Assembly: GCA_964497795.1 (NCBI GenBank)
Contig: CAZCEZ010000007.1
Location: 3,655-67,654, forward strand
Direction: 5' to 3'
DNA: 64,000 nt
DNA from: an uncultured Acidimicrobiaceae bacterium
GTDB lineage: Bacteria; Actinomycetota; Acidimicrobiia; Acidimicrobiales; Salinilacustritrichaceae
Shown: positions 33,789 through 42,843 of the stretch, in pieces
Position numbering within the stretch: position 1 is the first letter of the stretch
Layout of the letters: each line of letters begins with the position of its first letter
Position numbers and translations under genes: made by a program
Notes under the pieces: generated by a model
Database searches by the model: none
Seen by the model: only the letters and a program-made list of their open reading frames with translations
What the model was told of the DNA's origin: nothing

Positions 33789-34664
33789 TCAGGCGAGCTC
33801 GTCGAGGAAGGCGATCACGGCCTCCAGCCACGCCGGCGGGTTCTCGAACTGGGGCGAGTGGCCGGCGTCGGGGACCACGGCGTGGCGCGCCCCGGCGATG
33901 GCGCCGGCCAGCCGCTCGGACGGGCCGAGGAACGGCTCGTCCTGGTCGCCGACCAGCACCATCGTGGGCACGTCGAGCCCGGCGAGGGCCTCGAGGCGGT
34001 CCTCCTGGCGGAGGAGCTCGGTGAGCATCGCCGCGTACATGGCCGGGCTCGCCGCGAGCAGGTTGGCGTCGCCGTAGTCCTTGTGGCCGGGGTCGGCCTC
34101 GATCAGGGCCTCGTACGCGGGCGAGCCGAGCGGGGCGTCGTCGCCGAGGCCGTCGAGGGCCTCCTTCACCGCCGCCATCCCGCCGTCGCGGGCCAGCGCG
34201 GCGCCGAGCTCGGCCAGGCCCGGGTCGACCCCCGTGACCGGCCCGTGCCCGGTGTCCATGAGGACCAGCCCGTGGAGGCGACCGGGGTCGGCGAGGGCGA
34301 CGAGCTGGGCGACCATGCCCCCCATCGAGTGGCCGAGCAGGACGTGGCGGTCCCAGCCGAGCACGTCGACCAGGGTGGCCACGTCCCGGGCGAACCGGGC
34401 CAGGGAGAACGCGTCCTCGCCGTCGTCGACGGGCGAGGCACCGTGGCCGGGCAGGTCGGGGGCGACCACCCACCAGCCCCGGGCGGCGAGGGCGGGGACG
34501 TGGGGGGCGAAGTCCTCCTTGGCCCCGGTGAAGCCGTGGACGAGCAGGAGGCGGGGACGCGCCCCCGGTGCCACGGCCGGGTCGACGGCCGGGTCCTCGG
34601 GTCCGCCGGCGGAGAGCACCGCCAGCGTCGGGCCGTCGGGGAGGGTCACCTGGTGTTCGCGCAC
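33789..34664 (-). CDS. Alpha/beta hydrolase (291 aa)
   Basis: GTG at 34664 inside ORF 33789..35753. 'LLLVHGFTGAKEDF', nucleophile elbow 'LLGHSMGGMVA', C-terminal 'DAGHSPQFENP'. Confidence 0.8.
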   Translation of the reverse strand: MREHQVTLPDGPTLAVLSAGGPEDPAVDPAVAPGARPRLLLVHGFTGAKEDFAPHVPALAARGWWVVAPDLPGHGASPVDDGEDAFSLARFARDVATLVDVLGWDRHVLLGHSMGGMVAQLVALADPGRLHGLVLMDTGHGPVTGVDPGLAELGAALARDGGMAAVKEALDGLGDDAPLGSPAYEALIEADPGHKDYGDANLLAASPAMYAAMLTELLRQEDRLEALAGLDVPTMVLVGDQDEPFLGPSERLAGAIAGARHAVVPDAGHSPQFENPPAWLEAVIAFLDELA

Positions 34665-34805
34665 GGCGCCAGTGTGGCCGGCGCGGGCCGCGGGCACCGT
34701 CGGCGCGGCCAGGGCCGGCGCGGGGAGACGTGTCCGGCGCGGGCGGCGCCCCGTAGTCTCGGCGTCCCGCCCGGCAGGGACGGGTTCCACCAGCGAGGGG
34801 ACGCA

Positions 34806-35744
34806 GTGCAGCACGCGACCGACGGACGGCCCGACGCCGTCCCCGGCAGCCCCGGCGGGGCGGACGACGAGGGCACCGGCGCGCCCCCGGGCACCCCGGC
34901 GGACCGGCTCCGCTGGTGGCGCGAGCTGCTCTACATCGCCGTGTTCTACGCGGTGTACTCCTTCGTGCGGAACCTGTTCGGCTCCCAGGGCACGGGCGAC
35001 GACGTCGACGCCACCGTGGCCTTCGAGCACGCCCGGCAGATCATCGACATCCAGCGGTCCATGGGCCTCTACTTCGAGGCCGACCTGCAGCAGTGGTACC
35101 TGGACCTGCCCGCCATGGGGTTCATCCGGTTCTGGAACGTGTTCTACGGCACCGCCCACTTCCTCGTCACGGCCGGGGCCATGGTGTGGCTGTTCCGCAC
35201 CGACAAGGCCCGCTACCCGCGCTGGCGCAACACGCTGGGCCTCACCACGGCGCTGGCCATCATCGGCTTCGCGTCGTACTCGCTGATGCCGCCCCGCCTG
35301 CTGGACGATCCGGGCACGTTCGGCGCCTGCCGCCTCCACTCCCCCGATGCCGCGGCCACCGCCGAGCCCGGCGAGAAGCTCGTCCCCGGCTGCGACCGGT
35401 ACGGCTACGTCGACACCCTGGCCGTCCACGGCGGCTGGATCTCCTTCGACGACGAGAAGGCAGCCGAGGTGACCAACCAGTACGCGGCCATGCCCTCGAT
35501 GCACATCGGCTGGTCGGTGTGGTCGGCCCTGGTCCTCGCCCCGATGATGCGACGCCGGTCGCTGCGGCTCCTGGCCTGGAGCTACCCGCTGCTCACGCTG
35601 TTCACGATCATCGTGACCGCCAACCACTACTGGCTCGACGCCGTCGGCGGCCTCGTCGCCCTCGGCGCAGGGGCCGCCCTGGCCCGCCCCCTGACCCGCT
35701 GGCTCGAGACCCGCCACCGGGCCCGGGCGGCGGCGGCGCGCTGA
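34806..35744 (+). CDS. PAP2-superfamily (Aur1/IPC-synthase-like PAP2_C) membrane protein
   Basis: GTG at 34806 with GAGGGGA upstream. 'AAMPSMHIGWSVW' and 'TANHYWLDAVGG' motifs. Multiple TMs. Confidence 0.75.
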   Translation: MQHATDGRPDAVPGSPGGADDEGTGAPPGTPADRLRWWRELLYIAVFYAVYSFVRNLFGSQGTGDDVDATVAFEHARQIIDIQRSMGLYFEADLQQWYLDLPAMGFIRFWNVFYGTAHFLVTAGAMVWLFRTDKARYPRWRNTLGLTTALAIIGFASYSLMPPRLLDDPGTFGACRLHSPDAAATAEPGEKLVPGCDRYGYVDTLAVHGGWISFDDEKAAEVTNQYAAMPSMHIGWSVWSALVLAPMMRRRSLRLLAWSYPLLTLFTIIVTANHYWLDAVGGLVALGAGAALARPLTRWLETRHRARAAAAR

Positions 35745-35784
35745 GACCGGCACGGGCGCAGCGCCGGGGGACCCGGCGCAGGGC

Positions 35785-36876
35785 TCAGCCCGTGGGCCCG
35801 GTCCAGGTCACGGGCGGGCCGTGGTAGGTCGTCGTGCCGAGGAGCTCCTCGCTCGGCTCCCCGCCGGCCCAGGTCCGGAGGCGCAGGTCGGCCACCGGAC
35901 CGGCCGGCTCCATGCGGAGCCAGTGCACGGGCGCCTCGGGCGTGGCCCGCCGTCCGGCCTCGGCCAGGACCTCCCGCACCCCCTCCAGCACGGGGCGGGG
36001 CAGGTACTGCAGCACGATCGAGTGGTGGACCACCGTGGCCGTGCCGGGGACGGGCTCGGCGAGGACCTCGGCGAGCCAGACGTCGGCGCTCGCCCGCTCG
36101 ACGGCGACCGGCCGGGTCCGGGCCACGGCGATGGCTGCGTCGAGGCGGGCCCGCCGCTCGACCTGGTCCGGCCACAGGAACGACCGGAGCCGGGCTGCGC
36201 CGACCTCGGTGGTCGGGTCGATCGGGCTCGGGTCGCACCCGCGGCGCTCGGCGACGACGACGGTCGGGGCGAGCGGCGGGACGGCGGCGTCCCACGGGTC
36301 GACGAAGCGCACCGGGCTGTCCACCGGACCCCAGGCGAGCCGCCCGCCGTCGGCCTCGTACCGGTAGCGGTCCAGGTGGAGGAGCAGGCCGCCGCTGGCG
36401 CCGACCTCCAGCTGGCGCAGGGGGAGGGCGGAGCGGGTCGCGACGAGGTGGAGCGGCCCGACCAGCGACACGGCCCGGCCCGGCTCGTTCGTCTGGACGC
36501 CGAGGGGCATGGCGGCCACGAGGGTCGCCTCGTGGGCCTCGAGCGCGTCGAGCACGTCGGTGGCCAGCCGGGCGGGGTCGACGTCGGGGTCGTGCCCCTC
36601 GGAGGAGGGGTAGTGGCGGGCCAGGGCGGGGGCCCGCCCGGACAGCACCAGGTCGTGGAGCGCGGCCAGGAGCCGGAGGGGGACGGCGTCGGCCATCGCG
36701 TTCGCCGCCCACGGCCCCAGGATCCGCCGCGTCGCGCCGGCCGCGGCCTCGTCCAGGGCGAGCACGGCGAGGATCCGGTCGTAGAGGGCGGAGCCGGCCC
36801 GGGCGCACGCCTGCCGCTGGAGCTCGAGGACGTCGGCCAGCGGAAGGTCGCGCCGGCGCTCGATGTCCGGCGCCAC
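35785..36876 (-). CDS. DUF2332 family protein
   Basis: GTG at 36876, 2 nt after the cyclase stop. 'LRLLAALHDLVL', 'EVGASGGLLLHLDRYRY'. Recognised from memory of the family pattern, not by a search. Confidence 0.65.
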   Translation of the reverse strand: MAPDIERRRDLPLADVLELQRQACARAGSALYDRILAVLALDEAAAGATRRILGPWAANAMADAVPLRLLAALHDLVLSGRAPALARHYPSSEGHDPDVDPARLATDVLDALEAHEATLVAAMPLGVQTNEPGRAVSLVGPLHLVATRSALPLRQLEVGASGGLLLHLDRYRYEADGGRLAWGPVDSPVRFVDPWDAAVPPLAPTVVVAERRGCDPSPIDPTTEVGAARLRSFLWPDQVERRARLDAAIAVARTRPVAVERASADVWLAEVLAEPVPGTATVVHHSIVLQYLPRPVLEGVREVLAEAGRRATPEAPVHWLRMEPAGPVADLRLRTWAGGEPSEELLGTTTYHGPPVTWTGPTG

Positions 36877-36878
36877 CG

Positions 36879-37679
36879 TCAGGGCTCCCGGCGCACGGGG
36901 CAGACCAGCACGGAGCCGTCCACGCCCTTGAAGCTGCGCCGCCGAGCCCGCCCGAAGCGGACACCGGGCAGGTCGCCGACCGCGCTCCGCACGGCGGTGG
37001 TGGCCAGCACCTCGCCCCCCTTGGCCGAGTCGGTGACGCGGGCGGCGAGGTTGACGTCGTGGCCGATCAGGTCGTCCCGCACCGACACGGCCTCGCCGTG
37101 GTGGATCCCGGCCCGCAGGCGCAGGTCGGTGCCGTTGGCCTCCCGGAGCTCGACGGCGGCGAGGACGGCGGCCTCGGGGGCGGCGAAGACGAGGAGGAGC
37201 CCGTCGCCGAGCGTCTTGACGATCCGCCCGCCGCGGCTGCGCACGACGGGGCCCACGGCGCGGTGGTGGGCGTCGAGCAGCGCGCGCGCCGCCGCGTCGC
37301 CCTCGGCCGAGGTGAACGAGGTGAACCCCTCCAGGTCGGTGAAGACCACCGTCGCCGGCTGGGCCGCGGCGCCGTCGCCGCCGCCCCCGTCGACGGTGAG
37401 GAGCTGGATCACGTCGAGCCCGAGCTTCGCGATGAGCGAGGGCTCCTGCTCGACGGAGCGCTCGAGGAAGCGCTGGACCACGTCGAGGCTCGTGGCGGTG
37501 CGGATCGGGCGGTTGACCGGGTCCTCCAGCCACGCCCGGTCCACGAGGCCCACCTCGGCGGCACCGGCCGCGAAGTCCGGGTGCTCGTTGAGCAGCGACG
37601 CGGCCTTCTCGGTGAGCTGGCGTCGCAGGGCCTCGAGCGCCCCCTCGCCCCGGGCCCGGGCCCCTTCCATGGACGGCAT
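36879..37679 (-). CDS. Class III adenylate/guanylate cyclase
   Basis: 'ATVVFTDLEGFTSFT', 'GGRIVKTLGDGLLLVF', 'LRAGIHHGEAV...DLIGHDVNLAARV'. Confidence 0.85.
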   Translation of the reverse strand: MPSMEGARARGEGALEALRRQLTEKAASLLNEHPDFAAGAAEVGLVDRAWLEDPVNRPIRTATSLDVVQRFLERSVEQEPSLIAKLGLDVIQLLTVDGGGGDGAAAQPATVVFTDLEGFTSFTSAEGDAAARALLDAHHRAVGPVVRSRGGRIVKTLGDGLLLVFAAPEAAVLAAVELREANGTDLRLRAGIHHGEAVSVRDDLIGHDVNLAARVTDSAKGGEVLATTAVRSAVGDLPGVRFGRARRRSFKGVDGSVLVCPVRREP

Positions 37680-37864
37680 GGGCGCCGAGCCTACGGGCCG
37701 GGGCGGGCACCGGTCCGACGACGCCGGACGTCACACCACGTGGTCGGATCCCGGCGGACCCGGGTACCCTCGGGGGTCCCCGGAGCGCTCCCGTCCCTCC
37801 CGACGGCGCTGCCCGCTCCGCCTCCCCGACGCCCACCACGGGCCCGCCCGCCGAAGGGAACGCC

Positions 37865-39745
37865 ATGCTGCTGGAACGGATCACCGGCCCGGAGGACCTC
37901 CGTGGCCTGTCGACGGAGCAGCTGGAGACGCTCGCCGCCGAGATCCGTGCCTTCATCGTGGACGCCGTGGCCAAGACCGGCGGCCACCTGGGGTCGAACC
38001 TGGGCGCCGTCGAGCTCACGCTCGCCCTCCACCGGGTGTTCGAGTCCCCCAAGGACCTGATCCTGTGGGACACGGGCCACCAGGCCTACGTCCACAAGAT
38101 CGTGACCGGGCGTCGCGAGGGGTTCGCCGGCCTCCGCCAGGCCGACGGCATCTCGGGCTACCCCAGCCGCGAGGAGTCGCCCCACGACTGGGTCGAGAAC
38201 AGCCACGCCTCCACGATCGTGTCCTACGCCCACGGGCTGGCCACGGCCATGGACCGCAACGGCGTCACCGACCGGCGCATCGTCGCCGTCATCGGCGACG
38301 GCTCGCTGACCGGCGGCATGGCCTACGAGGGCCTCAACAACCTCGGCCACTCCGGCAAGCGGGCCGTCATCGTCCTCAACGACAACGGCCGCTCCTACGC
38401 GCCGACCGTGTCCCGCCTCGGCGAGAGCCTCGCCCGCCTCCGCCTCGACCCCCGCTACGTGCGGAACCGGGCCCGGGTGGAGCGGCTCCTGCGCGAGGTG
38501 CCGCTCTTCGGCGACCGCCTCGAGCGCGGCTTCGAGGCCACGCTGGCCGGCGTCCGCGACTATTTCGAGCCCCCCGCCTTCTTCGAGGACCTGGGCATCC
38601 GGTACACGGGCCCCTTCGACGGCCACGACCTCGAGGGCGTCGAGCGGGCGCTGCACGACGCCGCCGAGTACGACGGGCCCATCGTCGTGCACGTCCTGAC
38701 GCAGAAGGGTCGGGGCTACCTGCCCGCCGAGCAGGACGAGATCAAGAACATGCACGACACCAAGCCGGGGCTCAAGGTGTCGGCCGGGGACGAGCCCATC
38801 GACACCCGCACCTTCACCGGCGCCTTCGCCGAGGCCCTGCTGGCCGAGGCCGAGGCCCGGCCCGAGGTGGTGGCCATCACGGCGGCCATGCCGGACTCGA
38901 CCGGCCTGCTGCCCTTCGCCCAGCGCTTCCCCGACCGGCTGATCGACGTCGGCATCGCCGAGCAGCACGCCGTCACCGCGGCGGCCGGCATGGCCATGGG
39001 TGGCCTGCGCCCCGTGTTCGCCGTCTACTCGACCTTCCTGTCCCGGGCCTTCGACCAGGTGAACCTCGACGTGGGCCTCCACGACCAGCCCGTCGTGTTC
39101 TGCCTCGACCGGGCCGGCATCACCGGCGACGACGGCCCCAGCCACCACGGCGTCCTCGACCTGGTCCTGTTCACCAAGATCCCGAACATGACCGTGCTCT
39201 GCCCGTCCTCCTACGAGGAGGTCGGCCGGATGCTGCACGACGCCCTCGACGTCACCGACGGCCCGGTGCTGATCCGCTGGCCCAAGACGCCCGCGGTCCA
39301 CGTCGGTCCCGACGAGGTGGGCGAGGGCCTGCGGGGCCGCCGGGTCCGCGCCGGGCGCGACGTGTGCATCCTGGCCGTCGGCAAGATGCTCCACCCCGCG
39401 CTCGAGGCCGCCGACGAGCTGGCCCTCGCCGGCATCGAGGCGACCGTCTGGGACGTCCGGTGCGTGAAGCCGGCCGACGTCGCCATGATCGCCGACGCCA
39501 TCGACCACCCCGCCGTGGTCACCGTCGAGGACGGCTACCGCGAGGGCGGCGCCGGCGCGCTGCTCGCCTCCGCCGTGACCGAGGCGTGCGCCGAGCGCGA
39601 CGTGCCCCGGATCGAGGTGCTCGGGGTGCCGACCGCGTACCTCCCCCACGGCAAGGTCGACGCCATCCTCGCCGATCTCGGCCTCGACGCCGCCGGCATC
39701 GCCGGCTCGGTGCGCCGGGTCGTGGGCGCCGTCACCGCCTCCTGA
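37865..39745 (+). CDS. dxs: 1-deoxy-D-xylulose-5-phosphate synthase
   Basis: 'GGHLGSNLGAVELTLALH', 'ILWDTGHQAYVHKI', 'IGDGSLTGGMAYEGLN', 'GIAEQHAVT'. Confidence 0.95.
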   Translation: MLLERITGPEDLRGLSTEQLETLAAEIRAFIVDAVAKTGGHLGSNLGAVELTLALHRVFESPKDLILWDTGHQAYVHKIVTGRREGFAGLRQADGISGYPSREESPHDWVENSHASTIVSYAHGLATAMDRNGVTDRRIVAVIGDGSLTGGMAYEGLNNLGHSGKRAVIVLNDNGRSYAPTVSRLGESLARLRLDPRYVRNRARVERLLREVPLFGDRLERGFEATLAGVRDYFEPPAFFEDLGIRYTGPFDGHDLEGVERALHDAAEYDGPIVVHVLTQKGRGYLPAEQDEIKNMHDTKPGLKVSAGDEPIDTRTFTGAFAEALLAEAEARPEVVAITAAMPDSTGLLPFAQRFPDRLIDVGIAEQHAVTAAAGMAMGGLRPVFAVYSTFLSRAFDQVNLDVGLHDQPVVFCLDRAGITGDDGPSHHGVLDLVLFTKIPNMTVLCPSSYEEVGRMLHDALDVTDGPVLIRWPKTPAVHVGPDEVGEGLRGRRVRAGRDVCILAVGKMLHPALEAADELALAGIEATVWDVRCVKPADVAMIADAIDHPAVVTVEDGYREGGAGALLASAVTEACAERDVPRIEVLGVPTAYLPHGKVDAILADLGLDAAGIAGSVRRVVGAVTAS

Positions 39746-39958
39746 CCGGGGGCGGCCGGGCCGCTCGAGCGTCCGGGACGGGTCCCGGAGGAGGAATCCG
39801 AGAAATCTTCCGCGAGGACCGCAAGGGATCGCGGGGAGCACCGTTCCCTCGTCAGCAGCGTCTTGGTTCCCTCCCGACGTTGTGTTCCCTGACCGGGGCG
39901 TCTTCGCTCTCCGACCCCAGCGGAGGCGCCTCGGCCACGGGGAAGCGGTGTGGCGGGC

Positions 39959-40024
39959 CTGCGGCTCCGCGGCAGCCGTACCCAGGGTCTGCGGCTCCGC
40001 CGCAGCCGGGTCCAGGGTCTGCGG
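39959..40024. repeat. 2.2 copies of a 30-nt tandem repeat in a gene-free region
   Basis: CTGCGGCTCCGCGGCAGCCGTACCCAGGGT (39959-39988), CTGCGGCTCCGCCGCAGCCGGGTCCAGGGT (39989-40018, 26/30 identical), CTGCGG (40019-40024). Each unit starts with an internal hairpin CTGCGGC-TCC-GCCGCAG. Confidence 0.85.
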
Positions 40025-40092
40025 AGGGGCGACGTGGCCTCCCCGGGCGTGCTGCGTCCTCGACCGCTCAGGCGCGTTCGCCCGAACGCGAC

Positions 40093-40118
40093 GAGGCCCG
40101 GACCGTGGTCCGGGCCTC
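40093..40118. terminator. Perfect 11-bp hairpin downstream of the nfu-like gene (and of dxs)
   Basis: GAGGCCCGGAC-CGTG-GTCCGGGCCTC. Confidence 0.55.
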
Positions 40119-40247
40119 TCCCCCTGGTCGCCCCCACGTGGAAGGTGACAACGACCACAGCATCGCGTCCCACCACGCGAAGTGCAAGGGGTGGCGTCGA
40201 CTTCGCGCGCCGTGGTGGACGATCCGCGAAGCTACCGACCGGTAGGT

Positions 40248-40916
40248 CTACGTGTAGTAGGGGTTCTCGCCCGCTGTGTGGTCGGTGACGTCGACCACCT
40301 CGGTGATCTCGGGGATCGCGCTGGTGATGGAGGCGGCGATGCCCTCGCGGAGGGTCATGGCCGACACGGCGCAGCCCTGGCAGCCGCCGCCCATGGTCAC
40401 GTACACCTTGTCGCCGTCCACGCCCTTGAGCTCGGCGTAGCCGCCGTGGGCGGCGAGGCCCGGGTTGATCTGCTGCTCGAGCAGCTGCTGGACCTTCTCG
40501 GCCGTGGTGCCCTGGAGGTCGAGGTCGACCCCGGCCAGGGGGTCGGGGCGGTTCGGGTTGCGCAGCACGAGGCCGGACTGGCCGTCGGGCAGGTCGAGGG
40601 TGGCGCCGGCGAGGGCGTCCATCGAGTCGGCCGGCACGAGCACGGGCAGCTCGCCCTGCCGCGACACCAGGTCGGTCTCGGTGGCCTCGGTCAGGGCCTC
40701 GAAGGTCAGGTCGTAGGTGTACTCGGGGCCCCGGACCCCGGTGACCGCCACCCGGAGGGCGAGGCCCTCGGGCTCCTCCTCGGACTGGCGCAGCTCGAGG
40801 ATCTTGGCGATGGCGGACTCGGTGACGGTGAGGACCACGGAAGCGTCGTCGCTCCCGTCCCCGGCCGCACCTGCGTCGGCGGGGGTCGTGGGGGCGTCGG
40901 ACTCGGTCGCGGACAT
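40248..40916 (-). CDS. NfuA-like Fe-S biogenesis protein (Cys-less HesB/IscA-like N-domain + Nfu CxxC domain)
   Basis: 'LTVTESAIAKILELR...LALRVAVTG' and the C-terminal 'INPGLAAHGGYAELKGVDGDKVYVTMGGGCQGCAVSAMTL'. Confidence 0.8.
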   Translation of the reverse strand: MSATESDAPTTPADAGAAGDGSDDASVVLTVTESAIAKILELRQSEEEPEGLALRVAVTGVRGPEYTYDLTFEALTEATETDLVSRQGELPVLVPADSMDALAGATLDLPDGQSGLVLRNPNRPDPLAGVDLDLQGTTAEKVQQLLEQQINPGLAAHGGYAELKGVDGDKVYVTMGGGCQGCAVSAMTLREGIAASITSAIPEITEVVDVTDHTAGENPYYT

Positions 40917-40982
40917 GGGCTCTACGCTACCGACGACCTCGCCCGGTCCCGAAGGGCGTCGTCACGACACGAGGGGGAAGCG

Positions 40983-41804
40983 ATGACCGAGACCACCGAG
41001 GCAGCCACCGAGGAGGAGCCCGTGCTCGTGGAGGTGGACGACCACGTCGCCACCATCACGCTCAACCGGCCCCACCGGCGCAACGCCATCTCGGTCCGGA
41101 TGCTCGACCAGCTCGGCCGGGCGCTGACCGACGTCGACCGCGACCCCCGGGTCCGGGCCGTCGTGCTCACCGGCGCGGGCAAGGGGTTCTGCGCCGGCCT
41201 CGACATCAAGGACGCCATGGCCGGCACCGGCATCGGCGGCGGCGGGGGCGGCGCGCCCGTCGGGATGCAGAACACCCGCGACCTGCCCACCTCGATCCTC
41301 TTCGAGATCGACACCCCGATCATCGCCGCGGTCAACGGCGCCGCCGCCGGCTACGGCCTCGACCTCGCCCTCGGCTGCGACATGCGGATCCTGGGCACCT
41401 CGTCGCGCCTGCTGCCCGGCTTCGCCAAGCGCGGGGTGGTCCCCGAGTCCGGGGGCACCTGGTACCTGCCCCGCCTGCTCGGGTGGGCCAAGGCCGCCGA
41501 GATCGGCTTCCTCGGTCGGGACATCGACGCCGCCGAGGCCGAGCGCCTCGGCCTGGCCAACGCCGTCGTGGCCGACGAGGACCTGGTCGAGGAGGCCCGG
41601 GCCTGGGGACGGGAGATCGCAGCCAACGCGCCGCTCGCGATCCGGGCCATGAAGCGCCTGTACCGCCACGGCCTCACCCAGGACTTCCCGTCCCACACGC
41701 ACCACGTGCTGCTCCAGACGATGCAGCTGTTCGGCACCAAGGACTTCCACGAGGGCATCTCGTCCTTCGCCGAGGGCCGGGACCCCGAGTTCCGGGGCCG
41801 CTGA
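40983..41804 (+). CDS. Enoyl-CoA hydratase/isomerase (crotonase) family protein
   Basis: ATG at 40983. 'ITLNRPHRRNAI', 'VVLTGAGKGFCAGLDIK', 'IIAAVNGAAAGYGLDLALGCDMRI'. Confidence 0.85.
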   Translation: MTETTEAATEEEPVLVEVDDHVATITLNRPHRRNAISVRMLDQLGRALTDVDRDPRVRAVVLTGAGKGFCAGLDIKDAMAGTGIGGGGGGAPVGMQNTRDLPTSILFEIDTPIIAAVNGAAAGYGLDLALGCDMRILGTSSRLLPGFAKRGVVPESGGTWYLPRLLGWAKAAEIGFLGRDIDAAEAERLGLANAVVADEDLVEEARAWGREIAANAPLAIRAMKRLYRHGLTQDFPSHTHHVLLQTMQLFGTKDFHEGISSFAEGRDPEFRGR

Positions 41805-41832
41805 GGGCGCGGTCCGTCCGGCCCGGCCCGCG

Positions 41833-42636
41833 TCAGCGGGGCGGCCGGACGATCTGCTGGCCCCCGCCGTCGACGCGGATCCGCACGCCGCTCACGTAGC
41901 CGCCCACGTCGCCGACCAGGCCCCGCACCACGACCGCCACGTCCTCGGGCTGGCACACCCGGCCGAAGGGGTAGTGGTCGTGCAGCGTGGCGATGTCGTC
42001 CACGCCGCCGGCCTGCACGAGGCGGCGGCCCATCTCGGTCTCCACCAGCCCGGGGGCGACGACGTTCACGCGGATCCCGTGGCGCTGCTCCTCCTTGGCC
42101 AGGGTGGAGGCCAGGGCCTCCATCGCCGCCTTGCCCATGTTGTAGGGGGCGCCGTTGGCCGCGTGGTGGTCGGTCGCGACCGACGAGATGAACACCACGT
42201 CGCCGCGGGGGCAGGTCCGCATCGAGGGGAGCACCAGCCGGCACAGGTGGTGGGGGCCCACGGCGTGGACCGCGAGCAGGGCCGCCGCCTCACCCGGGTC
42301 GGTGTCGGCCACGGCCCGGCCCCGGCTGGCCCGCCCGGCGTTGTTGACCAGGATCGAGATCGGGCCCAGCTCGTCCACCACGCGCTCGACCATGGCCGCG
42401 TCGGCATCGGCATCGTCGACGGAGGCCTGCACCGCGATGGCGGTCGCCCCCATGGCCCGGAGGTCGGCCACGGTCGCGTCGGCGGCCTCGACGTCGCGCC
42501 GGTAGTTGACCGCCACCGCCGCCCCGTCGGCGCCGAGGGCGAGCGCGATCGCCCGTCCCACGCCCCGGCCGCCCCCGGTCACGAGGGCGACGCGGCCCTC
42601 CAGCGCTGCTCGTCGATCGTCGCCTGCACCGGTCAT
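41833..42636 (-). CDS. Short-chain dehydrogenase/reductase (SDR)
   Basis: ATG at 42636. 'VALVTGGGRGVGRAIA', 'LVNNAG', 'YNMGKAAMEA', 'VNVVAPGLVETEM'. Confidence 0.85.
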   Translation of the reverse strand: MTGAGDDRRAALEGRVALVTGGGRGVGRAIALALGADGAAVAVNYRRDVEAADATVADLRAMGATAIAVQASVDDADADAAMVERVVDELGPISILVNNAGRASRGRAVADTDPGEAAALLAVHAVGPHHLCRLVLPSMRTCPRGDVVFISSVATDHHAANGAPYNMGKAAMEALASTLAKEEQRHGIRVNVVAPGLVETEMGRRLVQAGGVDDIATLHDHYPFGRVCQPEDVAVVVRGLVGDVGGYVSGVRIRVDGGGQQIVRPPR

Positions 42637-42843
42637 GGCCCGCTGCCTAGCAAAGCGGTCGGCACCCCGCCCGGGGCACCCCGATCCCGGTTCGCGGCGA
42701 TCGTCCGCTTCGTCGACCCGTCGCACGCGACGGTCTCGTTACGATCCCGCCCCTGGCGTGACGGCGGGCCCGTCGTCGCCGATCGTGGCGTGCAGGGAAC
42801 GGCACCGGTCCCGCTCGGGACCGGCCACGGGAGAGGGGGAGCC

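Noticed and set aside
39959-40024. Possible CRISPR array (30-nt repeats)
   Set aside because: There are only 2.2 directly abutting copies with no spacers, and no cas genes in the window. It is a tandem repeat, not a CRISPR array.
35821-40245. 1474-aa plus-strand ORF across DUF2332, the cyclase, dxs and the intergenic region
   Set aside because: The composition is Arg/Pro/Gly-rich nonsense. It overlaps dxs in another frame and the antisense of two supported genes.
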